This document shows, piece by piece, positions 9,250 through 19,128 of a DNA stretch of 64,000 nt. The position numbers and the translations under genes were made by a program. Origin of the DNA: an uncultured delta proteobacterium. Its GTDB lineage: Bacteria > Desulfobacterota > Binatia > UBA9968. Position 1 is the stretch's first letter. Each line of letters opens with the position of its first letter. The notes under the pieces are model-generated. The model did not search any database, was not told the origin of the DNA, and saw only the letters and a list, made by a program, of their open reading frames with translations. The stretch is from assembly GCA_963745835.1 (NCBI GenBank), contig CAVUZH010000005.1, forward strand, positions 1 through 64,000. Reading direction: 5' to 3'.

Positions 9250-9316
9250 CGCATTTTCCGATATTAGCATCGCAAATATCAAGAACGCTTGACATAGGCA
9301 ATCTTGTGTATACGGT
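9248..9316 (+). promoter_or_regulatory. Putative LysR site and sigma70-like promoter for the divergent operon
   Basis: Dyad ATCG-N7-CGAT (T-N11-A) at 9248-9262; TTGACA at 9289-9294; weak -10 near 9311. Confidence 0.5.
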
Positions 9317-9353
9317 GGCAGCGAAACTGGGTAAATGCCTGAGTAGCGAAATA

Positions 9354-10331
9354 ATGAGCAAAACCCCCGCCCGAATCGTAAAGGTCATCGCAACCGGCGG
9401 CACAATCACTAACACTCCCTCTGGTCGACAGCACGCCGCAGAGATCCTGAAGTCAATTCCTCATCTTTCCGAAATCGCTCATTTGGAAATCGAAGATCTT
9501 GCTGTGCTAGGGAGTAGCGCCATAACTGGCGAGCATTGGCTGCTTCTTTCTCGAAGAATTAACGAGTTACTGCTTAGTGAGATGGTGGACGGGATCGTGG
9601 TTTCCCACGGTTCCAATACCCTTGAGGAAACCGCGTATTTTTTAAACCTTACCGTAAAGAGTCATAGACCTGTAATCGTGACCGGAGCGCAGCGGCCGTT
9701 CGGGAGTCTCAGTTCCGATGCTGCCAAAAATTTCGTACAAGCAATCCGAGTTGCCGCGTGTGGGGAGGCATCTGGAAAAGGGGTCTTGGTCGTAACCAAC
9801 GACATGATTAATGCAGCGCGGGACGTGACAAAAACCATTAGCTTCCGGCTTGAAACATACCGCAGTAGGGATGTGGGTGCGCTCGGATTCGTAGACGACG
9901 ACCAAATCACCTTCTATCGGAACTTGGTCAAAAAGCACACCGTTGCGACACCGTTCGATACACTTAAGATCACCGGCTTGCCTCGTGTGGATATTACCTA
10001 TTGTCACGTCGACGCGGACGGAGCCGTCGCCGATGCTGCCGTGACCTATGCTAAGGCGAAGGGTCTCGTTATCGCCGGCTTCCCGACCGGATCTCCGACG
10101 CCTGAAATGCACGAGGTGCTTAAGACTATCGCCCAGAGAGGAATACCGGTAGTGATGACAAATAGGGGCGGCCGAGGACGGGTGCGGCCGAACACCATGA
10201 TCCCGAAAAATAGCGGCGTATACATATGGGGAGACAATCTTACTCCGCAGAAGGCAAGAATTTTATTGAGCCTGGGCTTGACCTTAACTAACGACAGAGA
10301 ACAGTTGCAGCGGTATTTCGAAGAATTCTAA
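9354..10331 (+). CDS. Asparaginase/glutaminase-family amidohydrolase with variant active site
   Basis: ATGGTI, HGSNTLEETAYFL (canonical HGTDT), VTGAQRP, ARDVTK, NLTPQKARILL. Confidence 0.9.
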   Translation: MSKTPARIVKVIATGGTITNTPSGRQHAAEILKSIPHLSEIAHLEIEDLAVLGSSAITGEHWLLLSRRINELLLSEMVDGIVVSHGSNTLEETAYFLNLTVKSHRPVIVTGAQRPFGSLSSDAAKNFVQAIRVAACGEASGKGVLVVTNDMINAARDVTKTISFRLETYRSRDVGALGFVDDDQITFYRNLVKKHTVATPFDTLKITGLPRVDITYCHVDADGAVADAAVTYAKAKGLVIAGFPTGSPTPEMHEVLKTIAQRGIPVVMTNRGGRGRVRPNTMIPKNSGVYIWGDNLTPQKARILLSLGLTLTNDREQLQRYFEEF

Positions 10332-10366
10332 TACTGCGTCGTTGGCACCGTCCGAGCAAAGGAGAA

Positions 10367-11326
10367 GTGATGCTTAGTGGGTTCGTTAGCAAGCGAATGA
10401 TTTTCCAGATTGCGCTTTGGGCTTTCTGCATTAACACATCGCCCGTATTGGCAAGGGCGATCAAAGTTTCCTACCCCTCGACAACTGCGTACTGGCTACC
10501 GCTCCTAGTGGGCGCTGAAAAGGGTTTTTACAAAAAAGCCGGCCTCGATGTAGAGCTCATATTCATCCGCGGAAACGCAATTGCGCTGCAAGCCTTAACC
10601 GCCGGCGACTTACATTTTTCGGCGGGAGGTTCGACGGCGGGAACCCTCGCGATCACTAAGGGCGTCCCGATTACCATGATCATGGGTCTTTACAATGAGC
10701 CGGACTACGAATTTTTTGCGAGCCCTGAAATACGTGACCTACGGGATCTTAAAGGAAAGAATGTGGCCGCGGGCACTCCGGGAAGCCCGCCGGACTATGC
10801 GATCCGGACTGCTCTCGAATCCGTAGGACTAACCGATAACGACGTGCAACTGCTTCGCATCCCCAGTAGCCCTGATAGGTTTGCGGCCTTACAGCAGAAA
10901 AGAGTCGCGGCTACCTCGCTCGGATTGCCACTTAATTTCGTAGCTGAACAGATGGGATTCAAAAGGATCGGCCGTCTGAAAGACATGGTGAAAGAGTTAC
11001 AGGTCGACGTTGTTTACGCCAGTCGCAAAAACATTCGAGAGAACCCTGGAATGGTGATGTCATTCGTCCAGGGGACCCTGGATGCAGTGCGTTATATGCA
11101 GTCAAACAAAGAAGACTCGGTTCGCCTTTTGTCGAAGTTCTCCGCCAGTTCCCGCGACATAGCAGAAAAGACATACGAGCTTGTGATGCCAGGCATACCA
11201 AGGAAAGGAGAATTTACCATCAAAGGGATCCAAACGATTCTGGACTACCAGGCGAAGACGGGACTACTCCCAAAACCACCGCTTCACCCGGAAAGTTTCA
11301 TCACTCGCGAGTTTTTAAAGCAGTAA
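10367..11326 (+). CDS. ABC substrate-binding protein, NMT1/THI5/SsuA-like
   Basis: Signal-peptide-like N-terminus; EKGFYKKAGLDVEL, DLKGKNVA. Confidence 0.88.
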   Translation: MMLSGFVSKRMIFQIALWAFCINTSPVLARAIKVSYPSTTAYWLPLLVGAEKGFYKKAGLDVELIFIRGNAIALQALTAGDLHFSAGGSTAGTLAITKGVPITMIMGLYNEPDYEFFASPEIRDLRDLKGKNVAAGTPGSPPDYAIRTALESVGLTDNDVQLLRIPSSPDRFAALQQKRVAATSLGLPLNFVAEQMGFKRIGRLKDMVKELQVDVVYASRKNIRENPGMVMSFVQGTLDAVRYMQSNKEDSVRLLSKFSASSRDIAEKTYELVMPGIPRKGEFTIKGIQTILDYQAKTGLLPKPPLHPESFITREFLKQ

Positions 11327-11356
11327 TCACCGAGCAAGCACTAAAGGAGGAAGCGG

Positions 11357-12511
11357 ATGTTGCACGGGTACGAAGTTTACGATGCCGACGCACACGCGAT
11401 CATGAGTCCGGCAATGTGGCATGACTTGCCGGAAGATTTCATCCGGCGCCGGCCGCGAGCGGTGCGGATCATCGACGATAAAGATTTGGGCCGCTGGAAC
11501 ACCGGCTGGCTGATCGAGGGCAGAATGGAGCCGCATGTTTTCGGTCCTGGTTCCCACGCCGCCAATACTCCCGGCATCGTCATGGAAGAGTTGGGCACTC
11601 GAACCAACGTCGACAAGGCACATGGCGCCATTCCCATCGGCTGCCTCGATCTTTCCGATCCAACCGAGCGGCTGGCTATTCTCGACAAATTGGGCATCGA
11701 CGTGCAATTTTTAATGCCGAGCACGCTCTACGCCAATATCACCGAAGAACCGGCTTACGAAGCTGCGCTCTACCGCACCTACAACCGCTATATGGGCCGG
11801 CAATGCGAGACACAATCTGCAAGACTCAGGTGGGCCGGGCTTCTGCCGATGCGCGATACGCGCCAGGCCTGCGAAGCGATCGAAGAGATGCAAAAGCTCG
11901 GCGCGGCGGCGGCAATCGTCTACGGCACCGTCGGCAACCGTATGCTGAGCCATTCGAGCTTCGCACCGGTCTGGGACGAGTTTGCGCGCTCGGGCTTGCC
12001 GCTGTGCGTGCACATGGGCTCGAGCTATGCCGCTCTCGCCGAGCTGTGCGAGAATATCCTAGATTCCAACATGATCAGCAAAGCCTTGCCCGCGAATCTC
12101 GCTTTTGTCGCCCTTGTCGGCCATGGCATGCTCGATCGCCATCCGGATATGAAAATCGGTTTCCTGGAGTTTGGCGCCGAGTGGATCTTTTACATGGCAG
12201 GTAGGCTGAAGCATTACGCGGCGCTCAATAGGCGGCGCATGCCGACCAGCAAGGGGCTGCTCCAACAGGATGTTGATGACTACCTCAAATCCGGCAGGAT
12301 ATTTGTCGCGGCCGAAGCGGACGACGCGATGCTGGTTCAAGAGATGGCTCTGCTCGGTGAAGATCAGATTCTTTTTTCGTCGGACTTTCCCCACGACGAA
12401 GGCCGGGGCGATGCCATGAAGGAGATTATCGAACGAACGGATATTTCGGAAAGCCAGAAACGAAAGATCCTGCACCATAATACAGTCAGGTTCTTTGAGG
12501 ATCATCTCTGA
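11357..12511 (+). CDS. Amidohydrolase family 2 protein
   Basis: DADAH, YNRYM, CVHMG, FLEFGAEW, FSSDFPH. Confidence 0.9.
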   Translation: MLHGYEVYDADAHAIMSPAMWHDLPEDFIRRRPRAVRIIDDKDLGRWNTGWLIEGRMEPHVFGPGSHAANTPGIVMEELGTRTNVDKAHGAIPIGCLDLSDPTERLAILDKLGIDVQFLMPSTLYANITEEPAYEAALYRTYNRYMGRQCETQSARLRWAGLLPMRDTRQACEAIEEMQKLGAAAAIVYGTVGNRMLSHSSFAPVWDEFARSGLPLCVHMGSSYAALAELCENILDSNMISKALPANLAFVALVGHGMLDRHPDMKIGFLEFGAEWIFYMAGRLKHYAALNRRRMPTSKGLLQQDVDDYLKSGRIFVAAEADDAMLVQEMALLGEDQILFSSDFPHDEGRGDAMKEIIERTDISESQKRKILHHNTVRFFEDHL

Positions 12512-12531
12512 GAACGGCAAGGAGGCTGGAC

Positions 12532-13671
12532 ATGGCAAATCAAAACTACGACGGACAATCTCAGGACAGCAAAGCTCCTAAAACCACGTATGCCAAGTGG
12601 CAGCTCGAGGAAGGCATTCCCATTCACCGAAATTTCTGGGTCGATTTGTACGCGCTCGAGTTGGGACCCTGGGAGCGCAGAGGTTGTCGAGGCGCCTTTG
12701 TCAATCTTTCAGAACAGGAGTCCCTCGATGCCTATGTCGCGGAAATTGCGCCCGGCCAGCAAAGCAGGCCCATCAGGCATATGTTCGAGGAAGCGATCTA
12801 TATATTGAGTGGACGAGGATCTACAACGATCTGGTATGACGGAATGGGAAATCAGAGTTTCGAGTGGCAGGAAGGAAGCTTATTTTCGCCTCCGCTAAAC
12901 TCCTGGCATCAACACTTCAATGGCAGCGGAGATACCCCCGTTCGTTATCTGGCGGTCACAACGGCACCGCTTTGTGTCAATCTCTATCACAGCAAAGATT
13001 TCATCTACGACAATCCTTTCATCTTTCGCGATCGCTATGTCCCGGACAAGGATTACTTCAGTGAAAAAGGAGTCCTGGAGTCCATTCAGTTCCCGGATTC
13101 GAAGAACTCCAGCCAAAAAGGGCGCTCCTGGTGGATTTGGAAGACCAACTTCATCGCCAACGTGCGTCAGTTCAATCAGCTAAAGGAAAACACCTTCATG
13201 TACGCGCCGGGCGCGGCCCGGTCCATGTGGTTCGACCTGTCCGAGAACACCATGGCGGGTCACATCGCCGAACAACGGGCCGGCTTCTACAAGAAAGCTC
13301 ATCGCCATGCCGCGGGTGCCCATATCACGGTTCTCGGCGGCAAGGGATACTCGCTGGTTTGGCCCGATGGGCAGGATCGGATGCGCATCGACTGGAAGCC
13401 GGGGATCATGCTCTCGCCGCCCGATATGTGGTGGCATGCGCACTTCAGCACCGGCCAGGAACCCGCTTTACATATGGCGCTGCGCTGGTCGAACGCAGGG
13501 GGTTACATCGGTGTCACCACCAACTGGCGACAATGGCAGGACAACTTTGGCGAGCAAATCGAATATGAGGACGAGGATCCGGAGATAAGAAAAATGTTCG
13601 ATGAAGAGTGCGCGAAAAACGGCGTCGAAGTTAAAATGGCCCCGGTGGTTTATCGCGGGCGGCGAGGTTAA
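12532..13671 (+). CDS. Bicupin protein (gentisate-dioxygenase/EutQ-like fold)
   Basis: RHMFEEAIYILSGRG...WHQHFN and KKAHRH...GKGYS...WWHAHF. Confidence 0.85.
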   Translation: MANQNYDGQSQDSKAPKTTYAKWQLEEGIPIHRNFWVDLYALELGPWERRGCRGAFVNLSEQESLDAYVAEIAPGQQSRPIRHMFEEAIYILSGRGSTTIWYDGMGNQSFEWQEGSLFSPPLNSWHQHFNGSGDTPVRYLAVTTAPLCVNLYHSKDFIYDNPFIFRDRYVPDKDYFSEKGVLESIQFPDSKNSSQKGRSWWIWKTNFIANVRQFNQLKENTFMYAPGAARSMWFDLSENTMAGHIAEQRAGFYKKAHRHAAGAHITVLGGKGYSLVWPDGQDRMRIDWKPGIMLSPPDMWWHAHFSTGQEPALHMALRWSNAGGYIGVTTNWRQWQDNFGEQIEYEDEDPEIRKMFDEECAKNGVEVKMAPVVYRGRRG

Positions 13672-13699
13672 ACCACGGGAGAGAAGGAGCTTACGCACC

Positions 13700-14692
13700 A
13701 TGGCTTTTCAGGCTGCTCTTTTCGTAGCGATTACTGTCTGGTTCTTCGCTCCCGTGAGTCAGTTATCCGCTCAGGTGAGCAAATTAAGAGTGGGATATTC
13801 CAGTGTGTCCGCGGGACAATCGGTTCTTTGGGTCACGAAAGAAGCAGGGATATTTCAAAAGAACGGACTTGATGTAGAGCTGCTTTTCGTCCAGTCCGCG
13901 TCCCTTATGGCTCAAACTCTAGCAGGCCAGAGTCTACCTATCGCGATCATGAGCGGTGCTACCGCCATTGAAGGAGATCTCCAGGGAGGCGATTTTGTTG
14001 TTTTGTTGATGCTGAAGAAAACGCCGGCTCTTACCTACATCGTCAGCTCAAAGAATATTACCAAGCCGGAACAGTTGAAAGGAAAGAAACTGGGGATCAG
14101 CCGGTTCGGCTCTGTTTCCGATTTTCTGGTGCGCATGGCGCTGCGGGAGTTAAAACTCGATGCCAATAAGGACGTCACGCTGCTCCAAATCGGCGGCACG
14201 CCTTTGCGAACCGCTGCACTTCAGGCCGGTACTATCGACGCGACGGTATTAACCGTGGAAGAAAAATTCTCCGCCGAGAAGTTCGGCATCAATATCCTGT
14301 TTGATTTGCGTCAGCTCGGGCTCGAATTTTTAACCAACGACGTCGTGACCACCAGGGAGTTCTTGAAGCGCGACGAAGCAACGGTGCGGAGGTTCATCAA
14401 AGGGTTGGTGGAAGGCATCCACTACTATAAGACGCGCAAGAAGGAGAGCGTCGATATCATGGCTCGCTATATGCGGTCCACGGACCGCAAGGTCATTGAA
14501 GTCGGTTATGATTTCAATTCAGAGGAGTATGGCCGCAAACCCTACGTCTCGCCCACTGCGGTCCAGCTAGCGCTCGATGAGATTTCGCGGCGAAACCCGA
14601 AAGCAAAAGAGATTAAAGCAGATCACTTTGTAAATTCTCAGTTGGTCAGAGAGTTGGACCAAAGCGGATTTATCGATTCTCTCTATAGGTGA
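13700..14692 (+). CDS. ABC substrate-binding protein, NMT1/THI5/SsuA-like
   Basis: AAGGAG RBS; signal peptide; GIFQKNGLDVEL, LKGKKLGISRFGS. Confidence 0.9.
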   Translation: MAFQAALFVAITVWFFAPVSQLSAQVSKLRVGYSSVSAGQSVLWVTKEAGIFQKNGLDVELLFVQSASLMAQTLAGQSLPIAIMSGATAIEGDLQGGDFVVLLMLKKTPALTYIVSSKNITKPEQLKGKKLGISRFGSVSDFLVRMALRELKLDANKDVTLLQIGGTPLRTAALQAGTIDATVLTVEEKFSAEKFGINILFDLRQLGLEFLTNDVVTTREFLKRDEATVRRFIKGLVEGIHYYKTRKKESVDIMARYMRSTDRKVIEVGYDFNSEEYGRKPYVSPTAVQLALDEISRRNPKAKEIKADHFVNSQLVRELDQSGFIDSLYR

Positions 14693-14771
14693 ACTGCCAC
14701 AACATCAAGCACTGCAACTCAGATTCTGATCGCTTATCCCGTTTCTCAACACGAGAGCCCCGGTTCGGTGC

Positions 14772-15107
14772 CAGGCATGAGTTATTGATGACTTATCGGT
14801 ACCGGAGCTAATTTGGGCGCAAAGGGTGCCTAGAGATCAAAGCAGGTAACGGCGCGCAAGCTGAGAGTCGAGTTCGAAGGCGCTTTATACCATGTCATCG
14901 TTCGGGGAAATCACTCGACGTGATATTTTTCGCGACGAGAGCGACGGAGTCGTCTACCTCGAACGCATCGAGTATTATCGAGATCGCTATCGCTGCATCG
15001 TGTACGCCTTACGTGCTGATGTCCAATCACGTTCATCTACTGATCGCGACCGGCGCGGTGGGGCTTTCCAAGATCATGCAAGGGATCCAGTCAGCTATAC
15101 ACAGCGC
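14772..15107 (+). pseudogene. RAYT (Y1 HUH) transposase N-terminal half, frameshifted, with 5' end palindrome
   Basis: Across frames: ARKLRVEFEGALYHVIVRGN...IFRDESD...YLERI...YVLMSNHVHLLI...LSKIMQGIQ; start codon mutated to ACG. Confidence 0.88.
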
Positions 15108-15237
15108 TGGCAATCCCGCCCAATGTTCTGGCGCGGCTGCTTAACGAGACCTTCCCGCGGTAAAAATCCTTTAGACAAGCTCTAGGTGGCTTGAGCCCTT
15201 CTTTTCTTGCCTGTCAATTTGGACTAGAAAAGGACGT

Positions 15238-15693
15238 ATGCGACAGTCTTCGCATAGGAAAAGCATAATCTACGCTCTTGTTCTTGCGATTGGGACGAGC
15301 TTCCTCTTCCCTGAGGTGGCTTTTAGCGCGTCTCGATCTTCCCGCAGGTCCGGGAAATTTAGCGCTTCAGCGGTGCACAGTCCGCATCGTTTCGAAGGTA
15401 TCCGCTCGGGTTTTGAGCGGGTGCAAGGGCTGCATCGTTTCAGAGATCCTTTCGACCGCTCCCGTTTTCAGTCCCGGGTCGGTGGTGGAGTTGGGTTCAT
15501 TGGAGGGCACGTCATCGACGCTGGCGACGTCATCATCATCCAGCTACCGTCCTCAGCGCCCCTATCGTCCTCAGCCCCCACCCCATCGAGAGAACCTGCC
15601 CAAACCGGAACATATGTGTACCCACAGTGGGCGGACGGCGGTCACGGCGTGGAGATCTTGAGGCCAGGGTATTGGAGCAACGCGAAGCAATAG
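15238..15693 (+). CDS. Hypothetical secreted low-complexity protein
   Basis: AAGGA RBS, hydrophobic signal-like segment, Ser/Arg/Gly/Pro-rich body ending W.DGG.GVE.L.PGYW. Confidence 0.6.
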   Translation: MRQSSHRKSIIYALVLAIGTSFLFPEVAFSASRSSRRSGKFSASAVHSPHRFEGIRSGFERVQGLHRFRDPFDRSRFQSRVGGGVGFIGGHVIDAGDVIIIQLPSSAPLSSSAPTPSREPAQTGTYVYPQWADGGHGVEILRPGYWSNAKQ

Positions 15694-15844
15694 GTACAGC
15701 GTTAGCGAGTGCTGGCAAGCAGTCTCCTGTTCCCCAGCACGCGCCTCGGGCAAAGCCTGTTTAAGTTTTCAGTTGACGCGGATCGAAGATTCGGTTGAGG
15801 GCGGCCTTCTAACATGCACTCCAGACCTATCGCTCAGAGCACGT

Positions 15845-16318
15845 ATGCAGCAATCCAATTTCACGATGCGTCAAGGGCGGGCACCGGATGCCAGACGCCT
15901 TCATGAGTTGCATACTGCGTCGGTGCGGGCGCTCTGTCGGGGGCACTACACGTCTGAGGTCATCGATGCCTGGCTGGCGAATCGCCGTCCGGAGAGCTAT
16001 CTCCCGCCAATCGACCGTGGCGACCTCTTTGTCGTCGAAGACAATTCACATATCGTTGGATTTGGCGAAGCGGTCCGCGGGATGATTATTGCTGTTTACG
16101 TTGCTCCAGGATCGGTCCGGCACGGTGTCGGCTCTGCCATCATGCATCAGGCGCTCAAAGTCGCGCGACAGGAGCACCACACGGCGATCCGTTTGGAGTC
16201 GACACTCAATGCCATCGGCTTCTACGAGCGCTTCCGCTTCCGAGAGGTCGAGCGATCTAGCGTGATCAGGGGACAGGTCGCGGTGCCGGTCGTTGTAATG
16301 GAACGGCAGGAAACCTGA
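15845..16318 (+). CDS. GNAT-family N-acetyltransferase
   Basis: IVGFG...AVYVAP..VRHGVGSAIM...STLNAIGFYERF.F. Confidence 0.88.
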   Translation: MQQSNFTMRQGRAPDARRLHELHTASVRALCRGHYTSEVIDAWLANRRPESYLPPIDRGDLFVVEDNSHIVGFGEAVRGMIIAVYVAPGSVRHGVGSAIMHQALKVARQEHHTAIRLESTLNAIGFYERFRFREVERSSVIRGQVAVPVVVMERQET

Positions 16319-16401
16319 CGCATGGCTGGAGCGATCCGCGACGACTCGTGCATTTCGTTTGGCTATCGAGGGCGCCGACCGCTCAGCCGCGGCGTGTAGG
16401 C
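16313..16401 (+). mobile_element. Degenerate integron attC-like site
   Basis: ACCTGAC overlaps the GNAT stop; GGCTGGAGCG pairs with CGCTCAGCC leaving one extra base; ends GTGTAGGC (GTTAGGC-like). Confidence 0.55.
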
Positions 16402-16786
16402 CCGAATCGAATGTCTCCGTTAACGCATGCTGCGAAATGTTTCTGAAGCGTCCTTCAGTTCAAATCCCTCGGGCTAAATTTGGTCTTCCCATTTGATGAA
16501 ATAATGTCAAGGCATAGCCGCGGGGCCATCTGAGATTCAATCAGCGTGAATTCTCAATTCGATGTGTCGGCTCGAAAACATTTTCCGGTTTCGTTGGGAG
16601 TTCGGCTCCCACATTCAAAGCAACTACAAAGCCAAAAGAACAATTGTGTTTTCTGGGCTTGCAGCGGAACAGAGCATCGGAAGTCCTCTGCTCTTGTCAT
16701 TTCGATTGCGCCCCGCTCGCCGGGTGCACAGCATTCAGACGCTTCGAAATTCGGTGGAATGTCCAAGTTTCCGCAGCATATGGACG

Positions 16787-17845
16787 TTAGCGGAGTAGGC
16801 CGTCAGCGACGATCTTGTTTGCGATGATCTGGGCGATTGCCTGATTGCCGGCTGCATCCAAATGCATTTCATCCATATACCGCTCAGCTTTGATGCCCGG
16901 CTCATCGCGCTCGCTTAAATCCAGCGCGACAATCCCTGCCCGCTGTAAGTGCATTTTCGCCGTTTCGCGGAAGGCCCGGTAGCGCTGCTGCCTATCTCGA
17001 TCAGGCTGCAAGACGCAGAGAAATGTGAAGTGAAAGGCTTCTGAAATCCTGTGCATTTTGGTCATATTGGTCGCGTAGACTGCACCGGCCAGCCCAAGAT
17101 CCGTTTCACGTGTTTGCTCTCCCGCCTTGAAGAGCCTGAGCCACAGTGGCTCCAGCTTCTTGGTGATGTTGGGAAACAGAACCCAATACAGGTTCGATAC
17201 CCTCGTGAGCAACGAGTCATCGGTCACAGATTGTAACGTTTTCAGCTGCTCCTCGATTTCCGCAAAGCCATTTGATCCGCGGAACTTGCTGGTCAGAGAA
17301 CGCTCATAGTCATTCCACCCATTCAGAGCGATCACCAGATCCGGCTGTAAGTCGACGAGTTCCATTACCAGAGACACGAGTTCCTGTCCGGAGGCATGAC
17401 CGACGACCGCAGCGTTGATCACTTCGGCATCCAACAGATATTCGAGGCGTTGTGCAAAGGTTTCGTCGTCAGACTGAAGACCGGTGCCAAATGCCGTGGA
17501 GCCTCCGACCACAATAATGCGCTTTTTAGTCTTTTCGTCCTTCCGGATACTGCCGCCTCTAAACCCGAGATTATTGATCGAAAAGTGCGGGGTTTTTTGG
17601 TTCGGTAAGTTGGCGTAACTGACAAACGGATGTAGGACTAATTTTAACGACCCGGACCTCGTCCCGAGAGCGATGCCGTCGTGCGTCTGGAGCGACGGCC
17701 AATAATACGGCCTCACCTGCTTGGACCACTTTGCCTCTGCTTTACGCCGGTCCTGGGCCAGTTTGAACTCCAACCCGAACGTGGCGAGACCAAGGATCAA
17801 TATGTTTACAAACAGAATAAGTAGTATTTTCCCCGACCTTCTCAT
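16787..17845 (-). CDS. Membrane-anchored SGNH/GDSL hydrolase-family protein
   Basis: N-terminal TM helix; [32 protein letters not shown]. Confidence 0.85.
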   Translation of the reverse strand: MRRSGKILLILFVNILILGLATFGLEFKLAQDRRKAEAKWSKQVRPYYWPSLQTHDGIALGTRSGSLKLVLHPFVSYANLPNQKTPHFSINNLGFRGGSIRKDEKTKKRIIVVGGSTAFGTGLQSDDETFAQRLEYLLDAEVINAAVVGHASGQELVSLVMELVDLQPDLVIALNGWNDYERSLTSKFRGSNGFAEIEEQLKTLQSVTDDSLLTRVSNLYWVLFPNITKKLEPLWLRLFKAGEQTRETDLGLAGAVYATNMTKMHRISEAFHFTFLCVLQPDRDRQQRYRAFRETAKMHLQRAGIVALDLSERDEPGIKAERYMDEMHLDAAGNQAIAQIIANKIVADGLLR

Positions 17846-17894
17846 CCGCCTTGCTCCCGAAGGTGGAGGTTTGGGCAAAACGGGCTGTTGGCGG

Positions 17895-18105
17895 CTTTGC
17901 CTGAATGGTCGATGTGCGCATGTGAAAGCACCATCGCATTGATGGATTTGGGATCAAATGGAAATTTGCGGTTGCGCTCGTAGGCTTCTGCACGCTTGCT
18001 CTGATACATGCCGCATTCGAGCAGAATACGCTGCCCGTTGATCTCGATCAGGTGCTGCGAACCGTCACCGTCCGCGCAGCGCCGCAAAATTTGTAGGAGT
18101 ATCAT
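17895..18105 (-). pseudogene. N-terminal fragment of a beta-CASP-type MBL-fold RNase
   Basis: FCGAARTVT (shifted frame) then GSQHLIE...LLECGMYQ...[11 protein letters not shown]; truncated right after the HxHxDH motif. Confidence 0.8.
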
Positions 18106-18381
18106 GTCGGTTCCTCAAAGTGCTTCTAAAAACATGCATTTGGCTTCATCTTACCCTTGTTTACACTGGGTATACCCAGTAATACACAGATCAGCCTTTC
18201 GCGATATTAATGTTCGCAAAGGCCGCCGGCAAGGCGGATCCACTGGGCTCCCGTCTTCGGTCGTGCTTTTGTGTGAGAAGCGGGGCAGAACATACACGTT
18301 CCGTTGCCGAAGAATAAGCAAGCAGACTCAAAAATAGTTGGACTCTCTTGTTAACGTTCGCTTCTGGTCCGCCCTGGATTC

Positions 18382-18407
18382 GACTCTTAATCAGCGGGTC
18401 CGGGGGT
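18382..18407 (+). other. tRNA-Lys(CTT)-like fragment (anticodon loop to T-stem), possible att-site scar
   Basis: GACTCTTAATCAGCGGGTCCGGGGGT matches the anticodon-arm 3' half of bacterial tRNA-Lys(CTT); no D-arm, TTCGA loop or acceptor stem. Confidence 0.5.
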
Positions 18408-18504
18408 GTTCTGCGATGCCAGGATTTGAAGTGAATTCGTATCAATCCTAATCGAGATCGAGGGTATCGCTTGTGCTACGGGTAAAGATTGATCCCATTC
18501 CCAG

Positions 18505-18615
18505 TGTTCATCGATGATTAGTCGGCTGCATGTGGCATATGTGAAGAACCGTGATAGGCGGTCTGAGTCGGAGTTGCAGCGTTGGCTCAAGACAAAGTCA
18601 ACAACTCATGCCTGA
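18505..18615 (+). pseudogene. RAYT C-terminal remnant with 3' end palindrome
   Basis: SMISRLHVAYVKNRDRRSESELQRWLKTKSTTHA*; ends GTCAACAACTCATGCCTGA. Confidence 0.75.
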
Positions 18616-18854
18616 TTAAATGAGAAGCTGCAACTCGCGCGTTTGGGAGTTACGGTCTTTATGGGATCAACTATAAGAGGCTGCCTCCATGCGGAGTCGC
18701 CTAAACCCAAATGAGGTGCAGCATGAAAGAGTATACATGAGTGGGCGTAGGAAGGCGCAAGGCGTGGTGGTGACAAAGATCGTTGGGAAAAGTGTCGGGA
18801 AAGTAACGTTTGCGATGTCGTCGAGCACGGATGAGTGACTGACCATCCGGTCCC

Positions 18855-18954
18855 TGAGACCACGTACAACTCCGGTCGAAGAACCGGGCGGCTCGTTCGG
18901 CCCCAGCTACAGAGGCGCATCTAAAGAGACGTTGACAATCGTTTCATGAGTGAC
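18855..18954. repeat. ~100-bp direct repeat, copy 1
   Basis: Exact blocks AACTCCGGTCGAAGAACC, CCCCAGCTACAGAGG and GCATCTAAAGAGAC all recur 1518 bp downstream. Confidence 0.9.
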
Positions 18955-19128
18955 ACTGATTTCTGAGGCCGCGGATCCTCACCAGCAGGGCGGCGTTCAT
19001 GAGCAAACGAGATTGACAAGCGCCCGGTCCATAAGGAGATATATTGTAGCACATCTTTGCATCTGAGCGGGGGCGGGGGTTCAGTAAGAATCTAGGCCGC
19101 CCAGGAAGATGGATCGTGGAACTGATCC

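Noticed and set aside
18360-18440. Complete tRNA-Lys gene
   Set aside because: No D-arm, TTCGA loop or acceptor stem can be formed.
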